DNA of 60,000 bases from Laetmonice hystrix (GCA_965235115.1 OZ249436.1:10542001-10602000); one strand, 5' to 3'; counted from the stretch's first letter, positions 37,001-52,000 are shown. The notes: a model not told the origin generated them from the letters alone. Numbers and translations: made by a program.

Positions 37001-40000
37001 AGATTTAAACAACATCACGGTAAACGATGCTTTGAGACATTACCACGTGAACTATGTCAGTTTAAGGCCCACTGCAGTCACATAAGTTAAAGCAGTATAA
37101 CATAATCTAATATAGCAGAATTGCTGCAAATATTTTGTACTACTCCCTGCATGTTTCCAAATGTGTGTTAGATGACTTATAATGTCAAGGGATACAATGT
37201 ACATAAAAGTTAATTACTATAAACCAAAAAGGACAATCAAAGTTTGACCTGTAATCTGCTGTGCACCCTCTGATTTGAACTGGAAGTGCATTTAATATTA
37301 TCATTTAAATTTCATGCTTTTACCTCGTGGACTAAATTTGTAAAGCTATGAAACATTAAACAAATAATTGTCCTTATTCTTTTTTTTTAATCAACAGGTA
37401 GGAGATGTTGAAACAATGACTGCAGCTTTATCAATCCTGACCTTGGCCCAAGTTGAGATTCCTGCCCTAGGTAAATAATATTTATTCACATCAATGTCAA
37501 ACTTTTTTCCTTCAGAGAGACTTGGACAAATGCAGCCAAAAACCAAAAAAGAAGAAAAACAGTTTCAAAGAGGATAGGCCATCTAAGAGGAAGAAGAAGA
37601 AGTATAAAGAACGCAGAGAAGAACCCCCAGATTGCAACTGTGATAATTCTGAAGTTCAACCAAACGAGCCAAAATCTGAGGATTGGACAACAGAGGAAAC
37701 CCCCAAAAAGGTTATAGATATGTTTGCTGATAAGGACGATTCTGCTCAGAATACAAAAGAAGTAAGAATGGAAGAAACAGACTTAAATCTTGCGAACCCT
37801 TCGCCAGGCGTTTTGGCTGATGATAGCCGTAGTAATGAAGATGTTAATCAGACCCAGATAAACCAAGGAAAAAAGCTTGGAGACGACGGTGGTGTCACTG
37901 ACTCTGAAAGTGAGATGGAAGAAGGTGAAGTATCGGAGACAACAGAGGAGTCTGCATCATCGTCATCATCGGAAGAAGAGGAGGAGCCAGGTAACTATAG
38001 TAACCAGTACAGTACTACGGCACCGGGGTAACTGACTGATTTGAAGTTGGATGAAATCTTTTCTTGTCAAAATGTAACATTCTGTGTTTTGTTTTAGGTG
38101 CCTCACATAATTCTTTGATGAATATTGTTTTGAAATATTGATATATTTGATCCATCTGTGTCAGTAAAAGGTAGATTGTATGAGGAAGTGTGCGGCATTA
38201 TTGGAAGATCCCAATGAGATTGTGCAAGCAATTCATCTTGTCAGTGCTTACATGTTTTTGCAGGGTCAATGTTTAGTGATATGTTTCTGCATTAGTACAT
38301 CAAGTACAATGTTAGGTTGCATTATCTGTCCAAATTGGAGAGTGTCTACTTATACCATTCACTGTTTTAAATCTTAAAAGGTATCGATGTACATGTGCAA
38401 TCTGCTTTTTCTGTATTCTGTTTCTGTATTTTGTGGCAGATCTGTCATCGTCTATGTTGGCGTTATGTATTCAGTGAAGAGCTATTTCTTTTATTTCAGT
38501 GGCTGCACACTATCCACCATGCATTCGTGGGATGGTCAAAGTCTCAGACTGTCTTGATGTTGGCACGCTGTTTCTAATCACATGTACTGGTGCAACAATT
38601 GGCCGGGAAAAGGGCCTTAACCTGAATGTCATCATCCCTGATCTCAACATAAGCAAGGTGAGAAAAACTATTTTCTGTAACCAAAATGAAAGTGTTCCAT
38701 AAATTGTCTCCAACTCACCTGGCATATTTTATCAGTGCTAGGGACATGGATTGGAAAAGTCAAAGTCTTCAGCACTTCGTAATCTATGGACAAAATCTCA
38801 TCATCTCTGTAAATCAGTTTATGTTCCAAGACATTTATGGAGCCTCTCTAGGGAAGGTGTGAACTTAGATTATTAGAAAGTTGGGTATCTCTAAATCTAA
38901 GATCGTTTATTAAATGTTATCTAGATGCATGCCAGTATCACCTACCGGGAGGACTTGAAGAAATATGTGGTCAAAGATCATGCAAGTCAAAACGGAACAT
39001 CACTAAATGGTCACAGATTGTGTAAGGTAGGTACTGGGCTTTAACCTATTGGTCACTCAGACCCAAATAAAACGTTTCATAAGTTGCCATGTGATTATGA
39101 TAGCTGGGGAAGCATGGTTGTGGTCTTTTACCTTTTTGTTGATACAAGCCTGATTTTAAGACGCGAACGATCGTTTCGTTCGCGTGTCGTTCACCTAAAA
39201 TGGGAAGGCAGAGAATGAAAATCCGTTCTTGCAAATTTTGCAAGCCTGAGATTAACAGGTGAACGGTCGTTTCCTTCGCCTGTCGGTTCCCTAAAATAAA
39301 AAACAGGAGAACAAAAAATGGGTTACGCAAATTTCCCTTAATTTCAGGCCTGTTGATAACTAATTCTTTGTGTCTTTATTAAATTCTCTGTATCCTAAAT
39401 GTGCCCCTCTTGCTGTTTAGTTTTAAAGAACATGGGTGCTAGGCAGAGAAGTTATTACACGTGAAGTTAATTGACTTAAACAGATATTTCGTGTTTGTTT
39501 TTAAAGCCTAAGGTGATGAGTGAAGAGTTCCCACTGAACCATGGAGATATGTTGACATTTGGTGCAACACAGATTGAAGTACACATACACCCCGGGTCAG
39601 AAACATGCGACAGCTGTGAACCAGGAATAGTGAAAGCAGCTGTACAGGCTGAGCAAAACTCACAGAAAGGTATTAATTAACCACACATTGACCTGCTTAC
39701 TATTTCTCTTAACCCACCCCATCACATGTCAATTATTTTGAAATCTTTTTAGCTTATTCAGGCCCCAACATGTCTGATACAAATACATATGTGGTTTCTT
39801 TTGTAGAGGTTGTGGTACTTTCTAAGGAGGAGCGTGAACAACAGAGGCGTCAGGCCCTTAAGATGATCAAGCGTAAATTTGGTCTGGAGGTAAGTGTTGT
39901 TTTCACTTTTAGAAAAACCAGCTTAATATTTTCTGTTATTTTACATGTTAGTTGGAATCAGGACATCAGCAACCACATCAGTGCCGCAACCACATGATTC

Positions 40001-43000
40001 ACAAATATTAGCATTAGTTCTTCATGCTTAGCCTGTCACAATCTCTCTATTGTCGTCACTGTCAGTGAAACTTTTTGAAAGAGAAAAAAAGTTAGGCTTT
40101 CAGATCATGTAAGGATCTACACAATCCATTGTGTACACTAAACAATGATGTCACAAACAGCCACACAGTCAGCCAGATAAATCTGCGCCAAATTTTGTCA
40201 CAAAAATTCACTCTGATTCTGTAGATTCTGTGATTCTGGCAGAGAGGTGTGCCTAGAGCCACAACCAGTGGGAGATTATGGGGTACAAATCTAAAGAAAG
40301 ATTGAACATAGCTGTCGAAAGCTTCACTCTAAAACTCAAGGTTTCTTCTCACTATTTGTCATAACAGACTCGCAGTTTAAGTATTTTAATCTTTTATTTT
40401 CCTAGAATGCAGCTTATGTGGACAATAAAGAGGCCTTGAGTAACCCGGCTTATGAAGACAAGGCCAGTGAAAGGCGTCGAACAAAAGGAAGCGACAATCC
40501 ATACCAACCTGATGATGCACCGGCATCTGTTGAAAGGTATAAATAAATATGTTCTTACCTAGATATTTATTGGTTTCAGTCTATCAATTTATAAATAAAT
40601 GTTCAATTTAAAATATGCTCTAAAATGTGTTTTTTGGTTGCAGATCAATCCCTGAATCCAATAAAGGCCATAAAATGCTGGAAAAGATGGGATGGAAGGA
40701 GGGCCAAGGGTTGGGCCTTAAAGAGCAGGGCCGGAGTGAGCCGGTAAGTATTGTTTTCAGGATTGATGTCTGCATGAAAAGTTATGCTAGAACAATTCCA
40801 TTAGAGGCATTCCAGCACTCTAGTGAGGTCCACCCCCCAACTCCTTATCCACAGATTTCATGCTTACCTTGACTCAAATACATGCCATTTCAGTCATATA
40901 CATTCTACATTAGGATAATATAAGAGTACTGGTCATTAATCCTGTTTTGATTAGAGCTATTTAATGTTTAACGACTTATGGTATTGCGTATGGTATTATT
41001 ATAAGTGATCCATGTCCATTTTGGTTATATTCCTAGGCATAAGGAGAGGACTTATTTTTCAAGATCTATAGCAGTTTTTTGTTGTTGTCTCTCTTCATCT
41101 TTTCATTCATTCTCTGATTCATTCATTCATTCATTCATTCAGAAATTTTACGTCATACTAGTAGAGGTTACTTTGGTTAATAGGATCATCAGTACACCAA
41201 ATACATACGAGTACATACAACCATTTATATACGTGTATTTCAAGTGTCATGAACATGAGCTTTCGTCATTCGACACCAGGTGGGGGTAGTGTATAACAGT
41301 GAACTGTCGCGCCAAGCGTTAGAAAGTTTTTCAGTTCCGTGCGAGTCGGTAGGGGTTTCCTCTGATGCCTTCCACTAGTGAAACTGACTGCTTTGATATG
41401 ACCCTAGCTGTTGCTTAGCAGAAAACCTCCATTTTAACCCACCAAACTGTTCAATTGAAATATCATTAGTTATATTACTTAATTTCCACAATAGAATATT
41501 GCTTATTGCCTTGCTTGATCTTTTGTGAAGTGTATAGGAAAAAATCCTGCTATGAAGTTGGGTTTGGTCATATATTTATACCTTGTAGGATATGATGGCT
41601 ACTAGAATAGCATTTCTTTTTCATTCACATGAAGCAATGACTCAAAATGATTTATTTCAGAAATTTATAGCACCTGATTGCATGATGTTTATCCGTTTCC
41701 ATGGTTACTTACCATTTTCACTGTTATCCAGCCATCGGTAAAGTAGGTTTTTAGTCATCTTGAGGTAAATAGGGATCAACATTCCATTAATAGCATCAAG
41801 AAATAACGTCGACATAAAATGTTGCTATAACCCTCAGAAAATATTTTGTCTGATGTGCATAGATGTCAAACACATAATATACTTCAAACAAATGTAGTTG
41901 TGCTATCAGCGTTTGGAAATGTTTGGGAACAAATCGCCGGATACAGGTAACACTTCGTGAAACAAGAATACAGAGCGTGTTTGCCACTTTGGCTTAATGA
42001 AAACGCATATTGTTATGGCCTCAATTTTTTAGTTTTGCTTGTGTCTGGAAAAGGATTTAGAAGTTGAAAACAAATTTAGCTTGACGTTTTGAACTAAAAC
42101 TATAGTGTCTCATTATTCATGAAACCTGCCATCCTACTCACCCCCAAGGCTACCGAACCAATTATTAGAATCTCTAGCAACTTTAATCGTATAATCGAGT
42201 TAAAACTGGTAAAATCATGGAAATGTCGTTGGACATGGGTTTGGGCACTCTCTGACACGCCAAGCAGATTTTTTGATATCTTTCAAAATCGATCTTTGTA
42301 CGTTTTTTGAAGGCTGATCTCTCTAGAACTGTCTAAGACAACCACACTGTCACATTGCTATGAATAATGGGTATGAAGGCGTGATGTTTTATTTGTGTAT
42401 CATGTATCAATCATCAAATAGATGGACTAGTATCTATCTCAAAAACACCAAAGTGGTATCGTCACTATAGTCACAGGTAATAAGTCACTGCCTAGTTGGT
42501 TGATGTCATACTGACGGGGTCTTGTTACCTTTGCTATTTTCTTCTTAAAATCAATGTCATAATTTTGGTTCACCCTCGGAACGATGACACAAACGACCCT
42601 CTCAAGTGGGCCTTCATGTTTCGCTCCTATTATTTATACATTTTCTCTGTGTAAGTACCGGTAAGCTCAAGTGTTATTAGTTATTTATCCTGATGACAGG
42701 GGGCATCAGAAATCCCGCTAGCCGGAATCTACGTCACATGATGTGATCAAGTTCAAGTTTGTCGGTAATCTCGACAAATGTCACATTTTTCCGAGGTACA
42801 TCTTTACCTGTCATAGCTAATTTGACCGTAATCTATCTTGGGAGTAATCACTGAAAAGATGAAGTAGGTATCCTGAATAATTATTAGTATTATCGTCATC
42901 AGGACGGAGGGAATTGACCGTAACAAGCAGTTTAAGATCAGGCATTTCTATTTCTGCACACTCCCAAGACTCAATAAATAGGTCGCGCTGCCGTGTTAAG

Positions 43001-46000
43001 GAAATCGAATCCCCAGTGCGTGGGAGCATTTTCTGATCAGGGGCAGTTTTGTATTACCAGCCTGTTGACCAAGCAGTTCTAGTAGCGTCCAGAATTTTCC
43101 TCAATTTACATTAGCTGTCGGCTTCATATTACCTCCTTCAAAAACCTCGTGCTTTGCAGTCTTAGCAGTCTAATTTGAATCATGGCCATAAAGATTGCTT
43201 TTCTTGACGTGTTTTCAACATACCCGTGATTGCATGTAGCTGTGGTTACTATAAATGGTCTCTGAGAGGTGGAGTTCCTTGTGATTTATCTACAATCAAT
43301 CCACAACAAGTGAACCAACGCGGATATTGTACCACCACCTAAATTGGCCGAGTCGAACTAAATGTTGTTTTAGCCACATGTATAAAGCTAGATATAGAAC
43401 AGCTGATGCAATGAGCTGATGCAATAGTCAGTCCCTCGCCGTATCTGAAGTGGAAAGTGCCCCTGCTATTGTCTTGACAAGTGTAATGGCGAGGTGAATG
43501 CTCAGCAAACCAAGAGCCATATGCCCAATGAGTACTGGGTATATTCCTATGGGCCTTTTTACGCATGTAATTTTTTAGGAGGGGTAAAATGGTCGAGTAC
43601 TTTTCAACTTTGTATATGTATGAATTTGAAGTCGCGAAACTACCGGATAATTACCTGCCTCAGGGTGTAGGCAGAACTGAGTTACGGGGGGGGGGGTCCA
43701 GCCACTGTCTTCTTCATGCCGCAGGAATCCCGGGTTTGGGGCCACTCCAGCCCCCCAGAAGCCATTTTTTCCGGGGGGGGGGGGGGGTCCGGGCACTGGC
43801 TAAACCCTTGTGCCTGGGGTGATGTTTAGTTTAGCTAATACGGCCTGTTGCGGGTTATGTAGGACCTATTGATATTTTAACAAATACTTCTTTGACACTT
43901 TTCTGCGAAATGAAATTTCCAAAGGTAAATATGGGGTGCGTTTCACTAAGCCCGAAAGACGTCTTTTAATTGGTCGCTGAGCCAAAGAGGTCTTTGCGGC
44001 GACGGGTGTTTCACTAAGCAAAGGCGGATCCAGAGGGGGGCACAGGGGGCACGTGCCCCCCCCCTTTACTTCACTAATAAGGCCTATACACGGCTATAGC
44101 CTACTTATTTTGAATTCATTTTAACACTGACGGTGTATCTCAGGGAAACCCCGAGCTATTATGTAGGCCTATACCTCTAAAACTCTAATTCAAGAGCATG
44201 AGCTTTAATTAGTAATGCAAACAATCATGAATTGCTTTTCTGTGCCCCCCCCCCCCCCTTTAGTGAAATCCTGGATCCGCCAGTGCTAAGCACCTATTCT
44301 TTAACATTGGCCCCGCAAAGACGTCTTTCCCCATATACCATATCAAGCGGCAAGGGCCTTCCTGGTTCCCGCTCTAACGGTACATATCCGGCACACCAAC
44401 CCATAATCAAATACGGTCTGGTAATTCCCCCAATCCGCAACTAGTCCAGACTTATCGCCCATCAATCACTGCTTCTCCTCTTTATATGCAACCACTTCAG
44501 TTTGAAGTCCTAGCAAAACCTTGGATAGCGTCTGCTTTGTGTGAATGCCAAATAGGATTATATGACAAAACGTTTAGAATTCGGCATGGTCTACCATAGA
44601 TCTGTCAGACGTGTAGGCTGTCGTAAGAGAAAATTACGTCACGAGGCGAGATTTCTCGAAATTTGCAGGCAGGGATCTCAATACATGTATAGACTGCTAG
44701 ATTTACAGGAGAATGAGATACTGTAATAATTATTATTGTATGTTTTAGTCCACCTGTAATTAGACAATATCTTGCTCAACTTGCACGATATATGGATGAA
44801 ACATGGACAAACAACATGACTAGATGTATCATGCATTACGTCACGGGACGTCATACACGTATAAACCAATATTTCGATTGGCTACAAGAGTAAACCAGGG
44901 CTGAACAGGACCTGTTATGGGAGTGTAAATTTGAATGACTCAACGTGAGATTTTCCAGCTAAGGTCACTGACATCTTTTCTTTTCACACCTCAAGTTTTT
45001 CGAGGAATCTTCACCAAACTTAGCGTGAAGGTTCTGATTAGGACCCCCCACCAAGTTTCTATCTTCAAATGATATATTTTCATCTTTATTCATGAATTAC
45101 TGACCATTGATAAACTGTAGAAAAACTGGCTTCAGTTTGTTACGTAGAAAAGCACCTGGCGTTTTAAAACACTCCACACTGATTAAATTTTCTTTTAATC
45201 TACATGTACTACATGTATCTGCACGGTTGATTTTACGTTGGGAAATAAGCGTTTTTGGCCTTCAAAATAAAACAAAAGTTTTCGTGGGCGGGCCTCCGGG
45301 CCCCGCACCGTATGCACACCTCGCGCCTTCAGTGCGTGCGATATACGGTCACACTATATCCACCCCCCACACCCACACACACTTTTTGACCTTCCCACAT
45401 TACTGTAAACCTATCACCCGTATATTGTTTTTCAAGATATGCTTCGCGTCCTTGACCCAGCAGTGATCAAACTTTAGCCACCGTTATAATTATGGCAAAC
45501 ATTTCGCTCCCAATCAAGGTTTAAACGGCAGGGGCGGATCCAGGATTTTGTAAAGGGGGGCGTGGGGTTTGAATGGTAAACTACCAGTGCTCGCACCGCA
45601 CGCGCGCGCCCCTCTAGAGAGGTGTAGGGGCTTGTCTCTAGAAACTTTTGAAATTTTAGATACATTTTCCTGCAATTTGGTGAATATTTTATCCAAAAAT
45701 AAAGTACAGTAAACTGCTTTTCCCCCCTTTTTTTGAAGGGGGGGGGGGGGGGCGTGCGCCCCCCACGCGCCCCTGGATCCGCGCCTGAACGGTATATAAA
45801 ACAATAATATGAGGACAGATATGTAGCCAACTTGACATTCGCGTGCCCTTTGGCTGACAGGTGAAGACATAAACAAGGTGGTAAAAGATACAGGAGATGA
45901 ATTAGAGCAATTGTTGATGATGTCAACACCTGTGAGGTTAAGTTACATGCGAGGTCCGTCTGTCGAGGTGTGTGTGTGTCAGCGGTGGAAACTAACTGTC

Positions 46001-49000
46001 CCCTGCATGACGAGCTGTCTCATAAACAACTAACCCCCGTCACCGTCCAGGATATGCGTGCACGATAGTCGCATGCATTGAAACGCCGACACAATAAAAG
46101 GCAGAAGGAAGCTTATGGTCTGAAAGTAGTCAAATTTAGTGTGGAGGCAGTTAAAGGAGAGGTAATGGTGATTGTGGTGAGGGCTCGGGGGCCAAACATT
46201 AGGTGTGGGAGAGAAGTTAGTGAGTGCATGGTGAGACTTGACCACGAGTTGTGCGCGTGCTCCATCATTTGGAGCTGTCATCAGCCGAGTCAGGCTAGTG
46301 GCCGCCAGCAAGCGCTGCAATTTTATCTAGGCGGATGCACACCATTGCAGAGAACGCTTAATCCGGCCTGATAGCCAGTCTGCCATCGCTTCTTGCTCAC
46401 ACCGTTCTAAAACAGCTGACTTTGGTTGTATCTATATTGCATGCGTTTCACATTAATGCTGTCGGTCCGTTTTTTATTATAATACTTTCATACTCGGTGA
46501 CCTGATGGGAGTCAACTGTAATAAGTGTAAAAGTGAATGGTTTGGTGTTTTCCACATTCTACCAGACTTTCCTCCAATGTCATTTGTTGGCATATGAAGG
46601 CTTTCAGATTGCACAAGACGCCTTGCAAATCATGTTCCCAACAGTGCCATTTAGGGGCGTCCCTGGTATCAAGTTAGCTATAGGCCTACTTAAGTTGCTA
46701 AATAAGGTCTCTAAGTGCACCTGGTCAGAATTATGTCTCCGCCCTCGGTGTTGTGGCCGAAGATATTTCATATAAAGTGGATGAAATAGGCAAATGGTAG
46801 CCATCGTTTACAGTGCAATTCTTCTCAAAGGCAACAAGTTGGATCCGAGAAGCCCATAAAACCATATCACTTAACCCGCCCCAGCGGCCATTTCCGCGGC
46901 TGTATCCTGGTAGGGCTAAGGTCACTCAGTGCACGCAGTGTTCCACACTGACATGTCTAGCAATTAGCCATGAGGGCCAGGACACTTGACAGACGTCGAA
47001 TATTGTCAGCTTGACCGGTCATCCCTGATTGTGGTATTTCTCAGTAAGTGTTTTCGTCTTATCCATCCACCTATATCTCACTGTTGTATCTTGATATTAG
47101 TGCCATTGTTCAGTTTAGCGACAGTTTCCTTGGTAGCCCAGCATTTTAAAAAAGACAAAAAAAGGCTAACAAATCAGTAGATGAGGCAGGGCGATTTTAT
47201 GCCATTCTGGTGATCTTCATGTCAAAGAATAGAAGTGATGTCAACTCATACAACTTCCACAGCTTCGGAATCGCCGTACGTTTACGTCACAGAGCATTTC
47301 GAAAGCCAGGAATCCATGTGTACGTAGTGTGGGCGTAGTGCGTAATGCATATTCATCAAAATCAATGAAAACAAGTTGGAGTGATTCCATGCGTGTTTTC
47401 ATTGTTTTCATTGGTTTTGTAGTGCGTATTGCGTAATCAAAACAATGAAAACACGCATTACGCACACATGGAATAACCTGGTTTTTATCTGGCAACCTTC
47501 TTTCCGATAATAGATCTTTTTAAGCTCTAGTCATAAACACCTTTGGACATACGAAGGAGTTGTATGTTGTATTAGTTCACGCTGGTGCCGCTCAATTTGC
47601 ACTCTGTCCTGATAAATGTTACATTATTAGACAATAATGCACTCTTATGCCGCATTCACACTACATTTGAGAATGCGCATTGATGCGCATTCTAGAAGTC
47701 ACACTATTCACACTACACCCACAATGCGAATCAATGCGCATTCAGTGCACAACAAAGCGCATCCGAACTGAATTCTAGAATTCGTAAACTCTACCCAAAT
47801 TCTAGGATACAGTTCGCTTTGCTCCGCTATTATGCGCTCGTCTGAAAGGTACCGAAGTGAAGTGAAGCGAAGCGCATTATGACGGCGAAAGCTTTAAACA
47901 AAATAGCGCTATCCGTTACAGTACTGTGAGTACTGCGCTTCGCTTCTAGTGTGAGAAGAACAGCATTCTACTGTATGCAGTGTGAACAGAATCGAATTGG
48001 GGAACGCGCATTGATACGCATTCTGAATGGTGTGCATTCTGCAGTACGGTTCGCAACGGTTCGCTTTGCTTTACTTCCGTTTACAGTGGGAATGCGACAG
48101 TGGGAAGGCGCAAGGTCGAGACAGTGTTATTCTATCACAGCATAACACCGCCTCTACTGCCGTCGTGCAATGTTCGCTAATATTATAAGAGTCTATTTTG
48201 TCCGTGATGGGATGGCTTGCCACTGTAATTGAATATTTCTGGCGTTTCTTACGTTAATGCCTTGGTTAAACTTTGGTAAATTGCTTTCTTTTCTTCATTC
48301 GATTTAGTGCGACCGTTCTTATTTTAGAGACAGATCAGATTTCATTTTGAACAATTTGCTATTTGCTGAATCATGGATTATTCGATGAGTGTCTGACCAA
48401 TTTCTCGTGCACGAAGGTTACTGTCTACATGTCCCTTTGTTGTGTAAAACGATGGCTTCAGCAAAATGATCTTAGCGATGAGATGGCGTAGTTTTGTTTA
48501 TGCTATCGTTAGAAGGCGGAGTTCGGTATGTAAGTTTCCTCCATTTCATTGGCTTTACGTAGAAATAGGCCAGGAAAGTCAGACTGTGTGCAATATGTTT
48601 GGCAGAGATCATGTATCTAATAATGCCTAAGTGACACCTACCGGGATGGTTGGAATTAAGTTGTCTCTTGGACGTACATCGCTAACTCTTTACTCTGTAC
48701 TATCCTTCTCACCGGCCTCCCCAGTGCTCTTGGAATGGGTCATTAAAAGCTTTGGTATCTGTGTCCCACTGCATTGAACAAGAAACAGACGTATTCTCGC
48801 TTCAAATATGGCTGGAGTAGTGCTGACAGGGCGTATTACCGGGGTTGGTTTCTCGTAGGGTGCCATACACAGTGGTGGAATGTTTACTGGGTTAAGCCTG
48901 ATCCCAGTCGAAGATGGAGTCTGTCTATCTACCCGTAATTTAAAATCATTAACTCCGACACACATGCATACAATTCTGCTACATGCTGGAATTGATTGTC

Positions 49001-52000
49001 TCTAGAAGAGCAACAAGCCTCTAGTTATTCCTCCTTTAAAACAAAAACCAAGCGAAGAGATATGGACAAAATGCTGGACTTAAATGAAATCTAATCGTAA
49101 GCACGTTTAAGCCTCTGAATTTCAGTGACAATCGATTCATTACTAAGGCCTGATACCTCTGTGTAACCAACGAGACTAGACAGACTCTAGTCTCGTTGGT
49201 GTAACAAACTATGATGTATTATGTATGTATCATTACCATCTTCACCTTTTGAGATATAATGAGTTGCTGTACATATTAATCGACTACTGGTAGGCGGGAG
49301 ACCAGGATCTCGATGTGGAACCTGAGCCTTGCCGGGATAATTGCAATAACAAAAAATAAAATACACTCCAGGCCCTGGTTTTTAGTTCGACATTTTACCA
49401 ATCTTAAGACTGAAATTTTAAGACTGACTTCAGAAGCTCTGAAACAAGAATTCAATCTTAAGATTTGAATCTTAAGACTCGGTTTCCAAACTAAAAAACG
49501 GGCCCTGCTCAACCACCAAAGCCCCTCTTGTTGTCAAGGTGGCGGTGGCCGAGTTAGCAAGGACGGTGATACCTTATGCATGGGTGCAGAATGCGTGCAG
49601 TGTTTGTGGGGCCAGGGGTTCGATCCAGTATGGTGCGATGTAATTTTCTCTTTCCGAACATTCTGAAAGTGAATTTCAGAAATTAGTAAGTTATCTTACC
49701 GAAAGAAAATCACTCAATCCATCCTAGATTGAGTAAAATGTAAACACTTTTGTTTTGACTGTTCAATTTTACAACTCCAAGACGCAACGGTAAACCTGTT
49801 TTTCATAAGAAAAGGCGACAAGAAATATGGGTCCTGTATTTCATGTACGTTGGAACCAACGCAGTGTTACAAGTTGTAAGCTCCGGTCACTTAGTGTGTG
49901 ACACCCAAAGAAAAAATTACACTTGAGAAAAAAGTATTGATATCAAACTACAATGACGTTAAGGTTCAATCTCAGCTGCTCCCAACTAATTATCAGTTGT
50001 TGATTTAGACCTGGCCTGCAATGTACTCAATTAGCAATACTGAATGCAGTTCATGACATTAGATTTTCGATTTAATAACCATTATGTTCTAGTAAACCGA
50101 TGTCGTCTTTATCAGTACACGTGTTGAGCGTGATCAGGGTCGTAGCCTGCTGGGGGGGGGGGGGGGGGAGCGCTGCCCCCCTGGGATTTCAATTTTTTCT
50201 GTGTTTTTTTTAACCCACACCCGGGGACAGCTCGACCGGCGCAATGACGTGCTATAACGTGGCAGGCCTACTGCCCCCCCCCCCCCACCCCACGTAATTG
50301 GGCCAGGCTAAGGCCCTGGTGATTGTATCTAGTAAATATAATTCAGAGTGGGTGTACGACTGTACCTATACTATAAATTCTTTGTTGCAAAAAAATAAAT
50401 GATGTAGAACAAAACTTCATAGAATGAAGAGGTTAGTTTCGCAAACTAATGTGAGAGTGGGCTCTCGGGTGACAGAGGATGTAATAGTACGGGTACTTAG
50501 GTACAATAGAGGTAACAGAGTTGGTAGGTCTTGACGTGGGGACTAGGAGACCTTTGGTGTTGTGTATCAGGACCCATGGCGTGATAAATGCCGGTAAAGA
50601 TAACCGAGGTAGAGTCTAGTCCTACTGTTCTATATAATACTGGCTACCACAGTAAAAACTGGGGATTTTTAGATAGAATGAAAGCAACGACTGACGGCCG
50701 TGAGGAGATGGTATGGTGAACCTCGTGGTGGGTTCATGTGTGAGCAGACCCCAGACAGCCGTGACCCGGGACACGACCCACCACACACCCCAGACCCCAG
50801 ATTTGAGTCCTCCCGGTCCCCGCCACCCCAGGTTTCCACCATCGGAAGTCGTAATGCCAGCACTAATATATCTCAAAGGTGGTCTACAATTGGATTGTGG
50901 TACAAAAGTTAGCAATTCATGGAAATGGAGGGAAAAACGAAGCTATGCTGTCATGCTCCCCTCGCCCCGCTGTCGCCAATCTGTTAAAGCCCCAATACAC
51001 GCGGCAATAATTTCGTCGTATGCGACGAATGGCCCCATGTACCAAGGTTATATAGTCTTCCCCCTCGTGCGAAAAAGTCAGACGTCGCTTAGAATTTTAA
51101 TCCAAAACAAGCACTGTTCGTGGGAAATAAGAATTCAGTATCTGCAGCGTCTGTACAATAACACCTGCCGTGTAGAAAGTCTAGATGTTTCAAATGTTAT
51201 CATGGACAGAGTCCTATCACTGCGATAATTATATTTTGTCCCAGTTTGTCGACAGCGATTCCTCAGAAGTGGGTTCTGGGCCAATTTGTTTGAAACAATG
51301 ATCAGGGACCATCTGAGGATGATGCACGCTATATTATCAAAATGGCCACTTGGCAGCCATCTTGGATGTAAGCACATTTCGAGGAATAACTCCATCCATG
51401 GTTAAAACCATCCTGATTTCTTTTCAAACTTTGTTCGGGTCCAACATAGCGACATATTTTAATAATAATATTTTGGTTTATAACCTGATAATTGTGCGAG
51501 ATAACCAGTAGGCTAGTTACTGTTATTCACAGAAATTAAGTCGGATATTAATTTTCTTATGGCGACGTTTTTCATGATCTTAAGCGACCTGCAAAGGTCA
51601 AAGAAGCTCATGCATATACATGTAGTCAGTGTTCATGTCCTCGGATAAACTATCTCAAACAGCACTTAGAAAGTCAGCATAGTTCTTACAGATAATAGGT
51701 CCCTGTGTCTTACTCCATAACTTACATGGCGATAGGTTTGAGTAAATCAGCATAATTTGCCCCCTGCTTATGAGGCTAGTCTTCAGACAGAACCTGCTAT
51801 ACCTTTTATACACTCCTAGATTCTTTTTATATTTCGCCATAGTAATTTGAATATATGTAAATCTCGAGAAACTTTTCGTTGCATCTTGTATAAATCGAAA
51901 GAACTTTTTTGTGTCAGCTCAAAATGCCAGTTAAAACAGCCCTGGTGTCATAATCGGGTAGTTTAAAGAAGCCAGGCTGCAATTTTGCCACAGGATATTT

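Noticed and set aside
40744..40872. Read-through of the AGGF1 G-patch exon as the true C-terminus
   Set aside because: There is a perfect GTAAGT donor at 40744, and the read-through lacks the closing GLG of the G-patch that the 56358 exon supplies.
45860..45936. Plus-strand mini-exon GEDINKVVKDTGDELEQLLMMSTPV in the AGGF1 last intron
   Set aside because: Weak acceptor and phase incompatible with the flanking AGGF1 exons; the region is equally explained by the antisense remnant.
49538..49640. tRNA gene
   Set aside because: Box A and box B are present but there is no pairing acceptor stem or anticodon arm; treated as a SINE head.
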